Position numbers and translations under genes: made by a program. The notes under the pieces were generated by a model, which saw only the letters and a list, made by a program, of their open reading frames with translations, did no database searches and was not told the DNA's origin. DNA of 64,000 nucleotides from a virus: the IMG/VR virus record IMGVR_UViG_3300042308_001616, positions 58,861 through 122,860 of that record; one strand, 5' to 3'. Within the stretch, counting starts at the first letter, position 1, and the number at the start of each line of letters is the position of its first letter. Positions 43,613 to 53,343 of the stretch are shown here, piece by piece.

Positions 43613-45346
43613 TTAGAATTCGAATTCGGCACCACCTTGAGCACCACCCTGTGCTGGAGGAGCTTGAGCACCACCCTGTGCCGGAGGAGCCTGAGCACCA
43701 CCTTGTGCCGGAGGAGTTTGAGCACCACCTTGAGCACCACCCATATCACCACCTTGAGCACCACCCATATCACCACCGCCACCACCTTGAGCACCACCTT
43801 CACCCGGGACTCCGGAACCGATAGTTGTTGCATCTTTGGTCCAATATCTTGCATTCTCTGCTTTCTCTTCTGGTGTAAGTTTGAATATGTGGTCCATTAT
43901 ATACTCTATGTGGAAATATGGTTTCTCACCATTCATAACACCAAGCATTGTTCCTACAATACCTGCTTTCTTCTCTAGGTTACCCAACTTTTTCCACTCT
44001 TCAAAGACCTGATTAGAGTAAAAGACTATGTCCATTTGGTTCATAAACCTATCATCTTCAATCAATTCTGGAAATTCGATGAGCATCTGCATCTTTAGTG
44101 GTTTAACAATTATCTCTTTGAAGTTAGATCTAAGTCTACCTATGAAGTTGTGAAACTTAATCTCATCTCTCGTCATCTCAGAAGCCTCGGTTACTAAGTT
44201 ACCACCACCACTTTCACCTTCGAAACGGTTTAGTGGAATCTTACTTGCACGTTTCAATGCCTGGTGAAACCATTTTAGCATTCCGTCTTCGTTTAGGTCG
44301 TGTCCCTGTGGTGACTTCAACTCCATTGAAGGAGAACCCGCATCACCTTCTGGAAACCAAATCTGTTTGTTGAAAGGAAGATGTTTAGAGCCATTGATTG
44401 TGAGTGTACCTAAAGTGTCATCCCACTCAACTTCCTCAGAGTAATCGTGTATCAGTTGACCTATCTGTTCTTCGGCTCTCTGTCTGGAAAGACCTTTAAT
44501 AGGAATTTTAAACTCCTGATAAAGTGTTGCATTGATAATGTTGAACATTATCTTAGTCTGTTCAAGAATTTTGAGCTGGTTGTATGGTCTTATGAGTCCT
44601 TCTACGTATGATGTCTCAGAATAGTCATTCTGTGTAGAGAATGATATAAAAACAATCTGTGAGTCTAGGAATATTCTTCTAAGTTGTGGATCTTCCGGAT
44701 ATTGTATCCAGAGGTGTCCTACGTTTGGTTCGTATGCAGGAAGTATCGTCTCTGGACGTAATCTATTGAATGCTACTATGTTTTTCTTTTTGTCGTCATA
44801 TACAAGCTCTATGGCTACATATCCATCTACGAGGAAATCCTTCATCATATTAAAGGCGGTTATACTATCTGAAAATCCATATTTGTTGTATATTGATTCG
44901 AAGTATTCTTGATACTTATCATGTATTTCTTTGTTATAATCCGAACTTAGTGGTCTTGGTGAACAGAAATCACGATCATCGTTATAAACAATACATTCAT
45001 CTGCAACTTGACTCACAAAGTCTCTTATCTCATCTTTTATAGAGTATTCTCTTAGAATTCTTCGTTTATCTGGATAAGACCTATCGAGATATGGTACAGA
45101 CTTCCTGTTCAAAACCGATGCCACTGCCCTGGATGAGAAAAAATCATACATCGAATTTCCTTTAGAAGCATATGGATCCTCATTGATTCCTATACCAACC
45201 TGGTTACGTATGATCATATCATCATAGTTCATTCCATGGTTAGAAAGGTTTCTAAGTATCCTATTAAAGAAGCCCTTATTTTCTCCTGAGTTTTGTATAG
45301 AACCCAGATTCTGTTCATTGTTGTTAAAATAATTATAAGAGGCCAT
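43613..45346 (-). CDS. Portal vertex protein, T4 gp20-like, with low-complexity GGAQ/PPAQ repeat C-terminal tail
   Basis: VSQVADECIVYNDDRDF (cf. T4 gp20 VSEIVSDAIVYEDDTEV) and LKWFHQALKRASKIPLNRF (cf. IRWFRQALYMALRVPLSRI). C-terminal ~70 aa are GGAQGG / AQAPPAQGG repeats. Confidence 0.85.
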   Translation of the reverse strand: MASYNYFNNNEQNLGSIQNSGENKGFFNRILRNLSNHGMNYDDMIIRNQVGIGINEDPYASKGNSMYDFFSSRAVASVLNRKSVPYLDRSYPDKRRILREYSIKDEIRDFVSQVADECIVYNDDRDFCSPRPLSSDYNKEIHDKYQEYFESIYNKYGFSDSITAFNMMKDFLVDGYVAIELVYDDKKKNIVAFNRLRPETILPAYEPNVGHLWIQYPEDPQLRRIFLDSQIVFISFSTQNDYSETSYVEGLIRPYNQLKILEQTKIMFNIINATLYQEFKIPIKGLSRQRAEEQIGQLIHDYSEEVEWDDTLGTLTINGSKHLPFNKQIWFPEGDAGSPSMELKSPQGHDLNEDGMLKWFHQALKRASKIPLNRFEGESGGGNLVTEASEMTRDEIKFHNFIGRLRSNFKEIIVKPLKMQMLIEFPELIEDDRFMNQMDIVFYSNQVFEEWKKLGNLEKKAGIVGTMLGVMNGEKPYFHIEYIMDHIFKLTPEEKAENARYWTKDATTIGSGVPGEGGAQGGGGGDMGGAQGGDMGGAQGGAQTPPAQGGAQAPPAQGGAQAPPAQGGAQGGAEFEF

Positions 45347-45480
45347 GTACCAATTTTATTTTCTTTATATCACTGTTTATATCCGGCGTCTCGGATTTGA
45401 AATATCCACTATAGTAGAACATATTATATATTAATTTCGATATGTCGGTAATCACACTGAACATCTTATCTTTAGTGGTC

Positions 45481-45630
45481 TTCATCCGTCTTCAAACATT
45501 TTTTGTCTATATCTTGATATATGTATCTTCCGGTTGGTGTCTTTTCAGTACGAATAAAACCACGTTTTACCCAGTTATGTAAAGTTCTACGAGTGATACC
45601 GTATTTTTCCATTACTTCTTTAGCCTTCAT
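45481..45630 (-). CDS. Small helix-turn-helix DNA-binding protein (49 aa; excisionase/MerR-like HTH)
   Basis: Not in the ORF track (<60 aa). Translation MKAKEVMEKYGITRRTLHNWVKRGFIRTEK... shows a classic HTH. A promoter-like motif lies upstream. Confidence 0.4.
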
Positions 45631-45741
45631 ATTTTATATATTGGAACCAATAGAGTACCTTTCTACATTTTTCTATAAAAATTTGATACAATTAAACTTA
45701 TTTATGTAAATTCCATATTATTATTACTATAATAAAATTAT

Positions 45742-46035
45742 ATGAACAAAGTTTTTCTACAGGTTTGGGTTGAGTCCGTACCTGGTAAAATAGAGAGAGA
45801 TGGATGCTCTATACACCTAGATCAAAGTGATAGATTAGAATATCTTAGAAAAGAATATTCTGGTAGGAATTCATCAAATATACCTGAATGTTATGAGATG
45901 GCATTGGGTGAAGCGATTGAAGCTTTCATTGGGGATGATCTTTTCAAAATTGTTTCCATTGATAAAAGTATAAGAATAGAGGAGACTTCACTTAGGAACC
46001 TTTTAACATTAGACGAGATAACTATAAAATTATGA
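45742..46035 (+). CDS. Hypothetical protein (97 aa)
   Basis: ORF only. Confidence 0.4.
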   Translation: MNKVFLQVWVESVPGKIERDGCSIHLDQSDRLEYLRKEYSGRNSSNIPECYEMALGEAIEAFIGDDLFKIVSIDKSIRIEETSLRNLLTLDEITIKL

Positions 46036-46376
46036 TAAACATTTTACACTTTGTGTTGTTATTATTTATGTTGAATGAAATATTCTTCATATTCAATCGA
46101 AAACGATTAGACATCAATTTCGAAAACAAAGATATTCTTTCGGTTAAGACAATAGATCTTTTACATTATATAACACGTGTAATGTCTTTTATCTGGACAA
46201 TACTTCTATTCATCACCGGTTACAAATTAGTGGCATCTATTTTTGTCATATTGGTGTTGCTCAAATTTTTGTTATATCACCTGAATGAAAAGATATACAG
46301 AGTATATGTAATTATTTTACCAATAATATACGTTATATTCTATTTTTCAGTTTTCTATATGCATCTCATACGTTAA
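46032..46376 (+). CDS. Hypothetical membrane protein (114 aa, ~3 TM helices)
   Basis: Strongly hydrophobic ORF. Confidence 0.4.
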   Translation: MINILHFVLLLFMLNEIFFIFNRKRLDINFENKDILSVKTIDLLHYITRVMSFIWTILLFITGYKLVASIFVILVLLKFLLYHLNEKIYRVYVIILPIIYVIFYFSVFYMHLIR

Positions 46377-46893
46377 ACCTTTTTAGGTTCTCTTCGGTTA
46401 TTATTATAAATTCGTAGCCTTTTTTATTACACCACTCTATCATGGTTTCCCATTTACTTTTGTTTTTGTAGGCCATTTTCAAATCATATTCAAATCCTTT
46501 TAGTTTTTTAGTTCCTTTCTCAGGAACCTGAAGTTTACCTTCACTAAGTGCAACAACCATGTTGTATTCTTTCTGTGGTTTTACTTCAACAACAACCTCA
46601 CGAAGTACACCATCTTTACCTCTCATACGGTAAAAGAAGTCGGGATAATACCTATGTGATTTAACTTTAGCATCACCATTATCAAAGTGTGTCATTTGAT
46701 AAGGTATTTCTAAACATTCTGCGCCCCATTGGAAAATTTCATCTTTCATATCGAGCCAGACCATTATTTTCTTCTCCCATGAGCTACGAAAGTAGACTCC
46801 ACCTTGTGTGTTAAGTTTGAGTACTTTGTCTTTGTTTTTTGGTATGTAATTTCCGGAGTTGTAGCTGGAGTTGGATGGCTTTGAGTTTATCAT
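46366..46893 (-). CDS. PD-(D/E)xK nuclease-fold protein (possibly T4 gp4-type head completion protein)
   Basis: YYPDFFY...GVLREVVVEVKP gives a D ... E-x-K arrangement typical of PD-(D/E)xK. Confidence 0.35.
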   Translation of the reverse strand: MINSKPSNSSYNSGNYIPKNKDKVLKLNTQGGVYFRSSWEKKIMVWLDMKDEIFQWGAECLEIPYQMTHFDNGDAKVKSHRYYPDFFYRMRGKDGVLREVVVEVKPQKEYNMVVALSEGKLQVPEKGTKKLKGFEYDLKMAYKNKSKWETMIEWCNKKGYEFIIITEENLKRFNV

Positions 46894-46935
46894 AGTCCCG
46901 CTTTTTTGATTTTATATATAAAATAAAATTCTTCT

Positions 46936-47634
46936 ATGGGACATCTGACAGAACTTACTAAGTTAAACCTACTCGTTTATGGTGAAGATGAGGCAGATTT
47001 CTACAAAAAGAATACTGTTTACTTTCTCGAAAAATATATGAAGTCTGACAATGATGTGAAGGCGGTTCGTCTCGGAGACATAAAACCGGGAAGATTTTAT
47101 TTCCTTCATTATATGGATGACTCTAATTGGATGAAATATTCACCGGTATTTGTAATAGAGCACAAAAAGTTTGATAATATGATAATTCTTAGTTGTGTGA
47201 ATATGAACTTCCTACCTTTAATATACCGGGTTGCACTATTCGATCCATTTATGAAGGAAGAAGACTTAGCCAACAAAAACTTCGTACTAAAAGCAAAATT
47301 TGAAAATGTTTTCAAAGAGTTGAAAAGATACGGTTTTCAATGGGCAATAATGGAGTTCAACCTGGCACAAGTACAATTGGCACACCTAATCGACTTAGAG
47401 CTACTTCCACGTTTTTTATATTCAGGTCACCCAAAAGCAAAATATGATCCAGGTAAGTTAGCACAGATATGGAAAAAGAAAATTGTCGAACAGGACAAAC
47501 GTGATCAAGAAATAGCTTCTGCAAATATAAAAGACTTCTTTGACATAACAAAAGAGATTGGTGGTAAGTATGACGCATTGAAAGGACACATCAGTCGTCT
47601 TCAAAAATCTGTAAAAAAGTATGGTGGTCGTTGA
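46936..47634 (+). CDS. Hypothetical protein (232 aa)
   Basis: ORF preceded by a TTTTATATATAAAATAAA motif. Confidence 0.45.
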   Translation: MGHLTELTKLNLLVYGEDEADFYKKNTVYFLEKYMKSDNDVKAVRLGDIKPGRFYFLHYMDDSNWMKYSPVFVIEHKKFDNMIILSCVNMNFLPLIYRVALFDPFMKEEDLANKNFVLKAKFENVFKELKRYGFQWAIMEFNLAQVQLAHLIDLELLPRFLYSGHPKAKYDPGKLAQIWKKKIVEQDKRDQEIASANIKDFFDITKEIGGKYDALKGHISRLQKSVKKYGGR

Positions 47635-47664
47635 TTTTTCATTATATTTGTAAAAACAACAGAG

Positions 47665-48111
47665 ATGAAATACACAACTTATATTTCCGCCGCAGAAAAA
47701 CTTTCGGCACTTGGTCAAAAAGAAATTTCGAAAAAGTTTTTGACACACGCAAACGAAATTGTCAACAAAAGATTGACAGAGTTCGACTTTGACATATTAG
47801 TTGGTCAAGTGAAACACTTCGATGGTGCCAAATTCGCAGAGACACGGGTATTGAGGGAAAAGGAGGCAAGTACAATTATGTTCATCTTCAAATCCGGTAC
47901 TAACACACATCGTATCAATACTACATTGAGACATAATGGTGAGATTGTTTGGCATGATGGGAATCACTTTTGTAATAGAAAGTCGGTAAAATCATTTGAA
48001 AAACTGATAAATATCATTGTAGAATACAATAAGGATATACACAAACTACTCAACGAGATGCAGTTGAAATCGGATGCACTTAAGCTCATACAAAGAACAT
48101 TCTATCTATAG
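47665..48111 (+). CDS. Hypothetical protein (148 aa)
   Basis: ORF followed by a terminator. Confidence 0.45.
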   Translation: MKYTTYISAAEKLSALGQKEISKKFLTHANEIVNKRLTEFDFDILVGQVKHFDGAKFAETRVLREKEASTIMFIFKSGTNTHRINTTLRHNGEIVWHDGNHFCNRKSVKSFEKLINIIVEYNKDIHKLLNEMQLKSDALKLIQRTFYL

Positions 48112-48114
48112 ATA

Positions 48115-48142
48115 TAAAGACCCGAAAGGGTCTTTCTTTATA
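48115..48142. terminator. Rho-independent terminator (AAAGACCC-GAAA-GGGTCTTT plus TCTTTA)
   Basis: 8-bp stem with GNRA-like loop. Confidence 0.6.
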
Positions 48143-48144
48143 AA

Positions 48145-48360
48145 TTAGTTCTCGAATCCCCATAGCTCACGCAACTTATCGACTCTTCTCTCACGCCACC
48201 AGAACCTGGAAATAGCAGCACGAACATCGATACCTGGATTCGATACAATGTCGTAAGTAGTGAAATCAAAGAGAGTGGAGTCCCATTCCGTCGTTGCTTC
48301 CCTCGATTGAGATGAGTCTGATTTGGTGTTCATTGTCTCCTTTCTTTTTATAGAGATCAT
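48145..48360 (-). pseudogene. Overlapping alternate-frame ORF carrying the gp55 C-terminal clamp-binding-like motif (DSTLFDFTTYD, cf. T4 DSPSLDFLYEANE); probable frameshifted C-terminal part of the gp55-like gene
   Basis: Overlaps the 48266-48631 ORF by 95 nt in a different frame. A poly-A/G tract (AAAAAGAAAGGAG) sits in the overlap. Confidence 0.35.
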
Positions 48361-48631
48361 TATATCCTTTGGCTATTCCGCGTTTGAATATCTCTGTGAA
48401 GTAAGCGAATGCATTAACTGACTTCTCTTCATTGAAGTTGTACCAGTTTTGGAAGATATAGAGTAATCCACTTTGGTAGCAATCTAATCGGTCGTCGTTT
48501 GACCAATATCTCATCTTTTTTATTGTCTTCTTTGCGAGAAGTTCTAACATCTTTTGTGCAGGTCTGGTTAGTCTACCCTGTGCCTTACTCACTACGAGTT
48601 CGACATACAATTCCCTATTATTTAAATACAT
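48266..48631 (-). CDS. Late-transcription sigma factor, T4 gp55-like (N-terminal ~110 residues; gene appears frameshifted)
   Basis: NNRELYVELV (cf. T4 gp55 NNKELLQAII) and NFNEEKSVNAFAYFTEIFKRGIAKGYNDLYKKKG (cf. [31 protein letters not shown]). Confidence 0.6.
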   Translation of the reverse strand: MYLNNRELYVELVVSKAQGRLTRPAQKMLELLAKKTIKKMRYWSNDDRLDCYQSGLLYIFQNWYNFNEEKSVNAFAYFTEIFKRGIAKGYNDLYKKKGDNEHQIRLISIEGSNDGMGLHSL

Positions 48632-48724
48632 TAATAATCGCTATTTTTTTTCGGGCCTTTGCCCTACGAGCGATTCATGAAAGTTTATATATTGTTGATT
48701 TGCAAAAGTTTACAAACAAAAAAA

Positions 48725-48760
48725 TCCACCTTAAGGTGGATTTTATTTTTATTGTAAATT
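48725..48760. terminator. Rho-independent terminator (AAAATCCACC-TTAA-GGTGGATTTT plus T-run), bidirectional
   Basis: 10-bp stem with flanking A-run and T-run. Confidence 0.65.
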
Positions 48761-48761
48761 A

Positions 48762-50045
48762 TTATAATTTGACTCTTTCGTTATACATAAGTTCTTTAAC
48801 TCCGTGTAACTCTGCATCAAGAACATTTTTTCTTTTTTCTAAATTACTGAGTGCCGTTGTTAGAACTTCAGATTCACCAATCATATTGATAGATCCTTTA
48901 AGTTTATCGATGTTGAAACTTACATCCTCTAATTTTAGAGTTATTTCTCTTTCTTTATCTTCTAACTTTCTCTTAACAACCAATTCTTTTCCTAATTTGT
49001 TTTCAAAAAAGTAAGTCAAATCATAGTTAAGTTCATTTCTTACCTCATTTACTAATTCTAATGCAGATTCGTACTTGAAGAATGAATTTCCATATCTCTC
49101 ATCACATCTATAAAGGAATGTAGTGTTTTTGTAGTTGAATGCGAAACACTCAAGGTATGGATTGATAAGGTTGTTTATTTTCTTAACAACATCAAGTTCC
49201 ACAAATTTATCAAGGTTTTTAGAAACCTCAACTAAAATAGGATAAAAGTTCTTATTCACAATTGGAATGATTGGTGAATTGAAAAGACTCTCAAGAGTTG
49301 TTTCGTTATTCATCTCATCATCATTGATGTATAGACCATCCTTTTTATCTACAGAAAGACCGATTGTCAAATATTCTGAAACTCTGAAATTGATTCTATC
49401 ATCTACGATGTTAGCATATTTCATAGCAGTCTCAAGAGTTCTTAATGACCTTAAATCTTCTTCATCTTTTACGTGATTCTCAAGTAAAGTTTTTTCAATT
49501 ACATTCTCACTTAGAAGGAACCAAGAATCCTTAACTAATGCGATGTGACCATCTTCTACTTGTTCAACAATAGTGAATACAGATTCACCTTTACCACCAC
49601 TAAGTAAGTTAGATCTTTTCTCTGGTGACTTAGTTAAGTTATGTACGAAAAGTTTAATTTCAGGAACCCAGTCATAAATGGCGAGTTCGTTAAGTACTTT
49701 GGACATTCTGTCCTGATCACCCTCGAGATTGATTGTTTGAAGTAAAACATTGATTGGTTGTCTATAGATTTCACCACCGTTCTTTGTATTCAATACGTTA
49801 TAGAGGTTCTTAAGCTCGTATAGAAGCTCATTACTCTTCATATCGTCATTGAGTGACTCTAAAAGTGATTTTACTTCTTTATCATATGTGTACGGCTTGA
49901 GCCTTTCATTCAGTGAAAGTATCACTGATTTCTCGGAGTTTTCACCGCATGCGTTAAGATGACTCTCAACGATGCTGGATATTTCTTCTTGTTCAAGAGA
50001 AAGATTTTTCTTAAAGTTGAAGAGTTCGAGTTTAAGATTCTTCAT
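48762..50045 (-). CDS. Hypothetical coiled-coil-rich protein (~427 aa from ATG at 50045)
   Basis: Long ORF. The track's longer version (to 50258) overlaps the upstream gene by ~150 nt; the internal Met at MKNLKLELFNF is the more plausible start. Confidence 0.45.
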   Translation of the reverse strand: MKNLKLELFNFKKNLSLEQEEISSIVESHLNACGENSEKSVILSLNERLKPYTYDKEVKSLLESLNDDMKSNELLYELKNLYNVLNTKNGGEIYRQPINVLLQTINLEGDQDRMSKVLNELAIYDWVPEIKLFVHNLTKSPEKRSNLLSGGKGESVFTIVEQVEDGHIALVKDSWFLLSENVIEKTLLENHVKDEEDLRSLRTLETAMKYANIVDDRINFRVSEYLTIGLSVDKKDGLYINDDEMNNETTLESLFNSPIIPIVNKNFYPILVEVSKNLDKFVELDVVKKINNLINPYLECFAFNYKNTTFLYRCDERYGNSFFKYESALELVNEVRNELNYDLTYFFENKLGKELVVKRKLEDKEREITLKLEDVSFNIDKLKGSINMIGESEVLTTALSNLEKRKNVLDAELHGVKELMYNERVKL

Positions 50046-50109
50046 GTGTTTCGAAATTTTTTTTGTTTTCTTTGGGTATATATTATTCGCAAAAAGCCAT
50101 TTTTTTCCA

Positions 50110-51078
50110 TTATCTACGGTTGAGCTCTCTCGAACGTAGTATTTGGTCAAACCATCTGGACTTCTTTGGTATAACCATATCTCTTCCAGACCTAACATCA
50201 GATGTTTTAGTTCCTGGTGTAACTGTTCCAGTATCAACGAAACTACCAGTCGCACCATAAACTGCCCTATCGTCCCACGGACCTTCCAACCAAGTTTTAT
50301 TCGTATCCATCATCTTTCCACCATCAGCACCATTAGTAGTTTTTCCAGGTTCTACACCATTATCACTACCCTTCCTGGAGAACTCACCAGTCAAAGTATC
50401 ACGCATACCCGAACCATCCTCGTTCATATAACCGGGACCTGACATTCTATCAGTTCGGAAAGCTGGATAATATGTCTCGACGTTGAATGTTACCTTTAAC
50501 TTTATGTTATTGTCTGATGTCAAATTTTTTTCTCTCGACATCTCTACCTGGTTTGTATCAGGCATAACAATTACCGCGTCTATGTTCATAAAATTGAACT
50601 CAAAGTACATAAATCTATATAACCAAAGTGTATTCATTATAGACTGACTACATTTGAAACTGTCAATCTCACTAGAAAGAAGTATTGTGAGATCGTAAGT
50701 CACGGAAATAGGAACTGCTCTCACCTTAGTTAAAACTTTACGTATTTCCTTCTCATTCTCAACAACCATCCTAAGCCAAACATTTGGATTGGCAAATTCG
50801 TCAGATTTTATATTGAAACCGGTCATAGTAAGGTGTCCTCTAGGTATTATGTCGGTATTGAGTTCAACATACCGAGAATCGGAAACTATATCATCAGAGA
50901 AACTATCTAATAGAAAACGTTCATCACCAGTCATCGAATAATAAATTGGCACTTCGACAAATTTATCACCTGAGGTGAAACGATTGGTCCACTTTATCTG
51001 ACTCTCAAACGTATCCAGTACACAAACCGTAAGGTCGCGAAAGAATACGTCTTCATAATTAAACTTTTCACCTATCAT
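50110..51078 (-). CDS. Putative structural protein (weak resemblance to T4 gp54/gp48 baseplate tail-tube initiator family)
   Basis: FMYFEFNFMNIDAVIVMPDT vaguely resembles gp54 YLIDFFNMAYNSSGLMIYSVKMPE; Gly/Thr-rich C-terminus. Confidence 0.3.
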   Translation of the reverse strand: MIGEKFNYEDVFFRDLTVCVLDTFESQIKWTNRFTSGDKFVEVPIYYSMTGDERFLLDSFSDDIVSDSRYVELNTDIIPRGHLTMTGFNIKSDEFANPNVWLRMVVENEKEIRKVLTKVRAVPISVTYDLTILLSSEIDSFKCSQSIMNTLWLYRFMYFEFNFMNIDAVIVMPDTNQVEMSREKNLTSDNNIKLKVTFNVETYYPAFRTDRMSGPGYMNEDGSGMRDTLTGEFSRKGSDNGVEPGKTTNGADGGKMMDTNKTWLEGPWDDRAVYGATGSFVDTGTVTPGTKTSDVRSGRDMVIPKKSRWFDQILRSRELNRR

Positions 51079-51119
51079 AATTTATATATCAAAAGCATTC
51101 ACCTTTCTAAAAAAAACCG

Positions 51120-52082
51120 ATGAGCACAAAAAACCTAATTCTGTGGGAGAAATGGCGACCTAAAAAAATAGAGGACGTGATATTATTACCTAGGATAAAA
51201 AATAGATTCAATGATGGGGTAACCCAACACTACATATTCCATGGTCACTTTGGTACCGGAAAAACAAGCTTGGCTAGAATACTCATAGGTGAATATTCAA
51301 AAGACACCGCTTTTATGGATGTGAATTGTTCAGAAGAAACGAGTATTGATTATCTAAGAGATGAGATATCTAAATTCTGTAAGACAATTCCTATGTTCGA
51401 AACCAAATCTGATCAAAAGTACGTTTTGTTGGATGAATTTGAGAGGATATCACCACAATATCAGGACGCACTAAAGGCATTCATCGAAAAGTATAACAAC
51501 AAAGGTGTTAAGTTCATAATGTCAACAAATCACATTGACAAAGTGAGAGGAGGAATGAAGTCACGAATAAAGATGATAGACTTCGATTGTCAGAATATCG
51601 AAGAGGAGAGATATATGAAACAGGAGATATACAAACGAATAAAGAATGTTATATTGCCTGCAGAAGGAAAGGATATGTCTAAAGAACAACTCGTTCCAAT
51701 TATAAACAGATGGTTTCCAGACTTCCGAAAAATACTTGTAGAAGTCGATGACTTCCTAATATCCGGTGGTGATAGTTCAGAAGGTGGAAACGTATCAGTA
51801 AAGGACAAAAATGAACTCTACTCAATATTGCACGGGAATTCTGATTATGACACAATATACCACTTCATAATGAACACTTTCGGTCCTGACAAAGTATCAG
51901 AAATGTTGAAACTTATGGGTAGACCTTTTGTGGATTGGTGTGTAGAGAACGACAGATTCGTAGATAAACTATTCGAATGTAATCACATAATCACAGAATA
52001 TGTTCCATTGTTAGACTCCAACACAGATCCTGTTATATTAGGTATGTCAGCGATAGGTAAGTTTAGAGAAATACTTTCATAA
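51120..52082 (+). CDS. Sliding-clamp loader AAA+ ATPase subunit (T4 gp44 / RFC-like)
   Basis: LILWEKWRPKKIEDV (RFC box II, cf. PWVEKYRP), Walker A HGHFGTGKTS, Walker B VLLDEFERIS. Confidence 0.8.
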   Translation: MSTKNLILWEKWRPKKIEDVILLPRIKNRFNDGVTQHYIFHGHFGTGKTSLARILIGEYSKDTAFMDVNCSEETSIDYLRDEISKFCKTIPMFETKSDQKYVLLDEFERISPQYQDALKAFIEKYNNKGVKFIMSTNHIDKVRGGMKSRIKMIDFDCQNIEEERYMKQEIYKRIKNVILPAEGKDMSKEQLVPIINRWFPDFRKILVEVDDFLISGGDSSEGGNVSVKDKNELYSILHGNSDYDTIYHFIMNTFGPDKVSEMLKLMGRPFVDWCVENDRFVDKLFECNHIITEYVPLLDSNTDPVILGMSAIGKFREILS

Positions 52083-52113
52083 CCGAGAGGTAGCGTACAC
52101 TAATATATAGTGT

Positions 52114-52488
52114 ATGGCTTTCAACTTCAAAGACTTCAGTATATCCTATAAAGGTCATCCTCGATACAATGATTTCGATTTGATTGAGGACGACCCTGTA
52201 AGAGTAATACTACAGAAATATGAGATGGTACTTTTCACCAACAAAGGTGATGTATTTGGTGATTTAGATTTTGGATGTGATTTAGAGTACTTACTACACG
52301 AAACAAAAGTCGATTCTACTTATGTAGAAACAATAATATTGACACAAATTGATAAATACATAGAAGAGATGAAGAACACAAACTATTCTCTAAATGTAAA
52401 ATTCTACGATGATCCAGAAAGGTTTCAAGATTGGATGGAAATAAACTTCCAAATCAATGATTATGAGGTTTATGTGGCAGTAGGCTAA
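52114..52488 (+). CDS. Baseplate wedge protein, T4 gp25-like (GPW/lysozyme-like fold)
   Basis: GDLDFGCDLEYLLHE matches T4 gp25 RPFDPEFGCDLSDQLFE; size 124 aa (T4 gp25 is 132 aa). Confidence 0.6.
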   Translation: MAFNFKDFSISYKGHPRYNDFDLIEDDPVRVILQKYEMVLFTNKGDVFGDLDFGCDLEYLLHETKVDSTYVETIILTQIDKYIEEMKNTNYSLNVKFYDDPERFQDWMEINFQINDYEVYVAVG

Positions 52489-52685
52489 CCTAAACGTTTT
52501 ACAAATTCGAAAAACCTATCAATTTTAGATTCTCTAACAGATGTAGGTAAATCATTATACTTTAGTCCTGAAGTCCAATCACTATCAAATACCCATTTCA
52601 TATTCTTCGGTGCCTTCTTCTTAGATTTATACTTTCTGCGCATTGCCCAGATATATTTGAATTGACTCTTAGATTTTGCCGGCAT
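52485..52685 (-). CDS. Small basic hypothetical protein (66 aa)
   Basis: ORF only. Confidence 0.3.
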   Translation of the reverse strand: MPAKSKSQFKYIWAMRRKYKSKKKAPKNMKWVFDSDWTSGLKYNDLPTSVRESKIDRFFEFVKRLG

Positions 52686-52692
52686 AATAAAC

Positions 52693-53340
52693 TTATTTTA
52701 TTGGACAATGTGTCGCAGAGTATATGAACTTATCATTTCTATTTAGACGAACACCCATAACCTTTGCAGCCACCTCAACATCATCGAGACACTCACGATC
52801 TGCACCACCAACGAGTATAACCTCATTTATCGACATACTCTCATTCGTCGATTGTGCCTGATTTATCTCATCAAATAAATCATATAACTTTTTAGGCAAA
52901 TGGTACCAAATATGATTATTACCAATATAAATTATCAATGTTCCTTCTTTAGTTGGAAAACTATCTCCCTTTACAAGAGAACCTTCTTCTTCTTTAGACT
53001 TTATTTCATCATATACTGAGTTGTCAAGTATCTTACGATAAAAATCTACATCTACATCATAATTATATCTCTTCTCTATTAGGTCATTTTGATTTGGAAA
53101 ATGGTAGAGATCATCATTCGTAGGCATATCGGGATCCTCATCATATAGATAGTCTTTATCCACATTCTTACCATCGACATGATTGTCCCATATTTGGTAT
53201 ACACTACCAAAATTTCTACAATAATCCTTCAATTGACTTACATAATTTTCTGTAAAGAATTTCGAAAATGACTTTTGTACGTCTACTATTATAAGAACGT
53301 CTTTTGAAAAGTGTGATTCGAATGTCTTAAGATACCTCAT
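52693..53340 (-). CDS. Hypothetical protein (215 aa) starting MRYLKTFES; paralog of the next gene
   Basis: Shares its N-terminal nonapeptide with the adjacent gene. Confidence 0.45.
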   Translation of the reverse strand: MRYLKTFESHFSKDVLIIVDVQKSFSKFFTENYVSQLKDYCRNFGSVYQIWDNHVDGKNVDKDYLYDEDPDMPTNDDLYHFPNQNDLIEKRYNYDVDVDFYRKILDNSVYDEIKSKEEEGSLVKGDSFPTKEGTLIIYIGNNHIWYHLPKKLYDLFDEINQAQSTNESMSINEVILVGGADRECLDDVEVAAKVMGVRLNRNDKFIYSATHCPIK

Positions 53341-53343
53341 AGT

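Noticed and set aside
48762-50258. Longer 498-aa version of the coiled-coil ORF
   Set aside because: The 5' extension overlaps the upstream gene (50110-51078) by ~150 nt, so an internal start at 50045 is more plausible.
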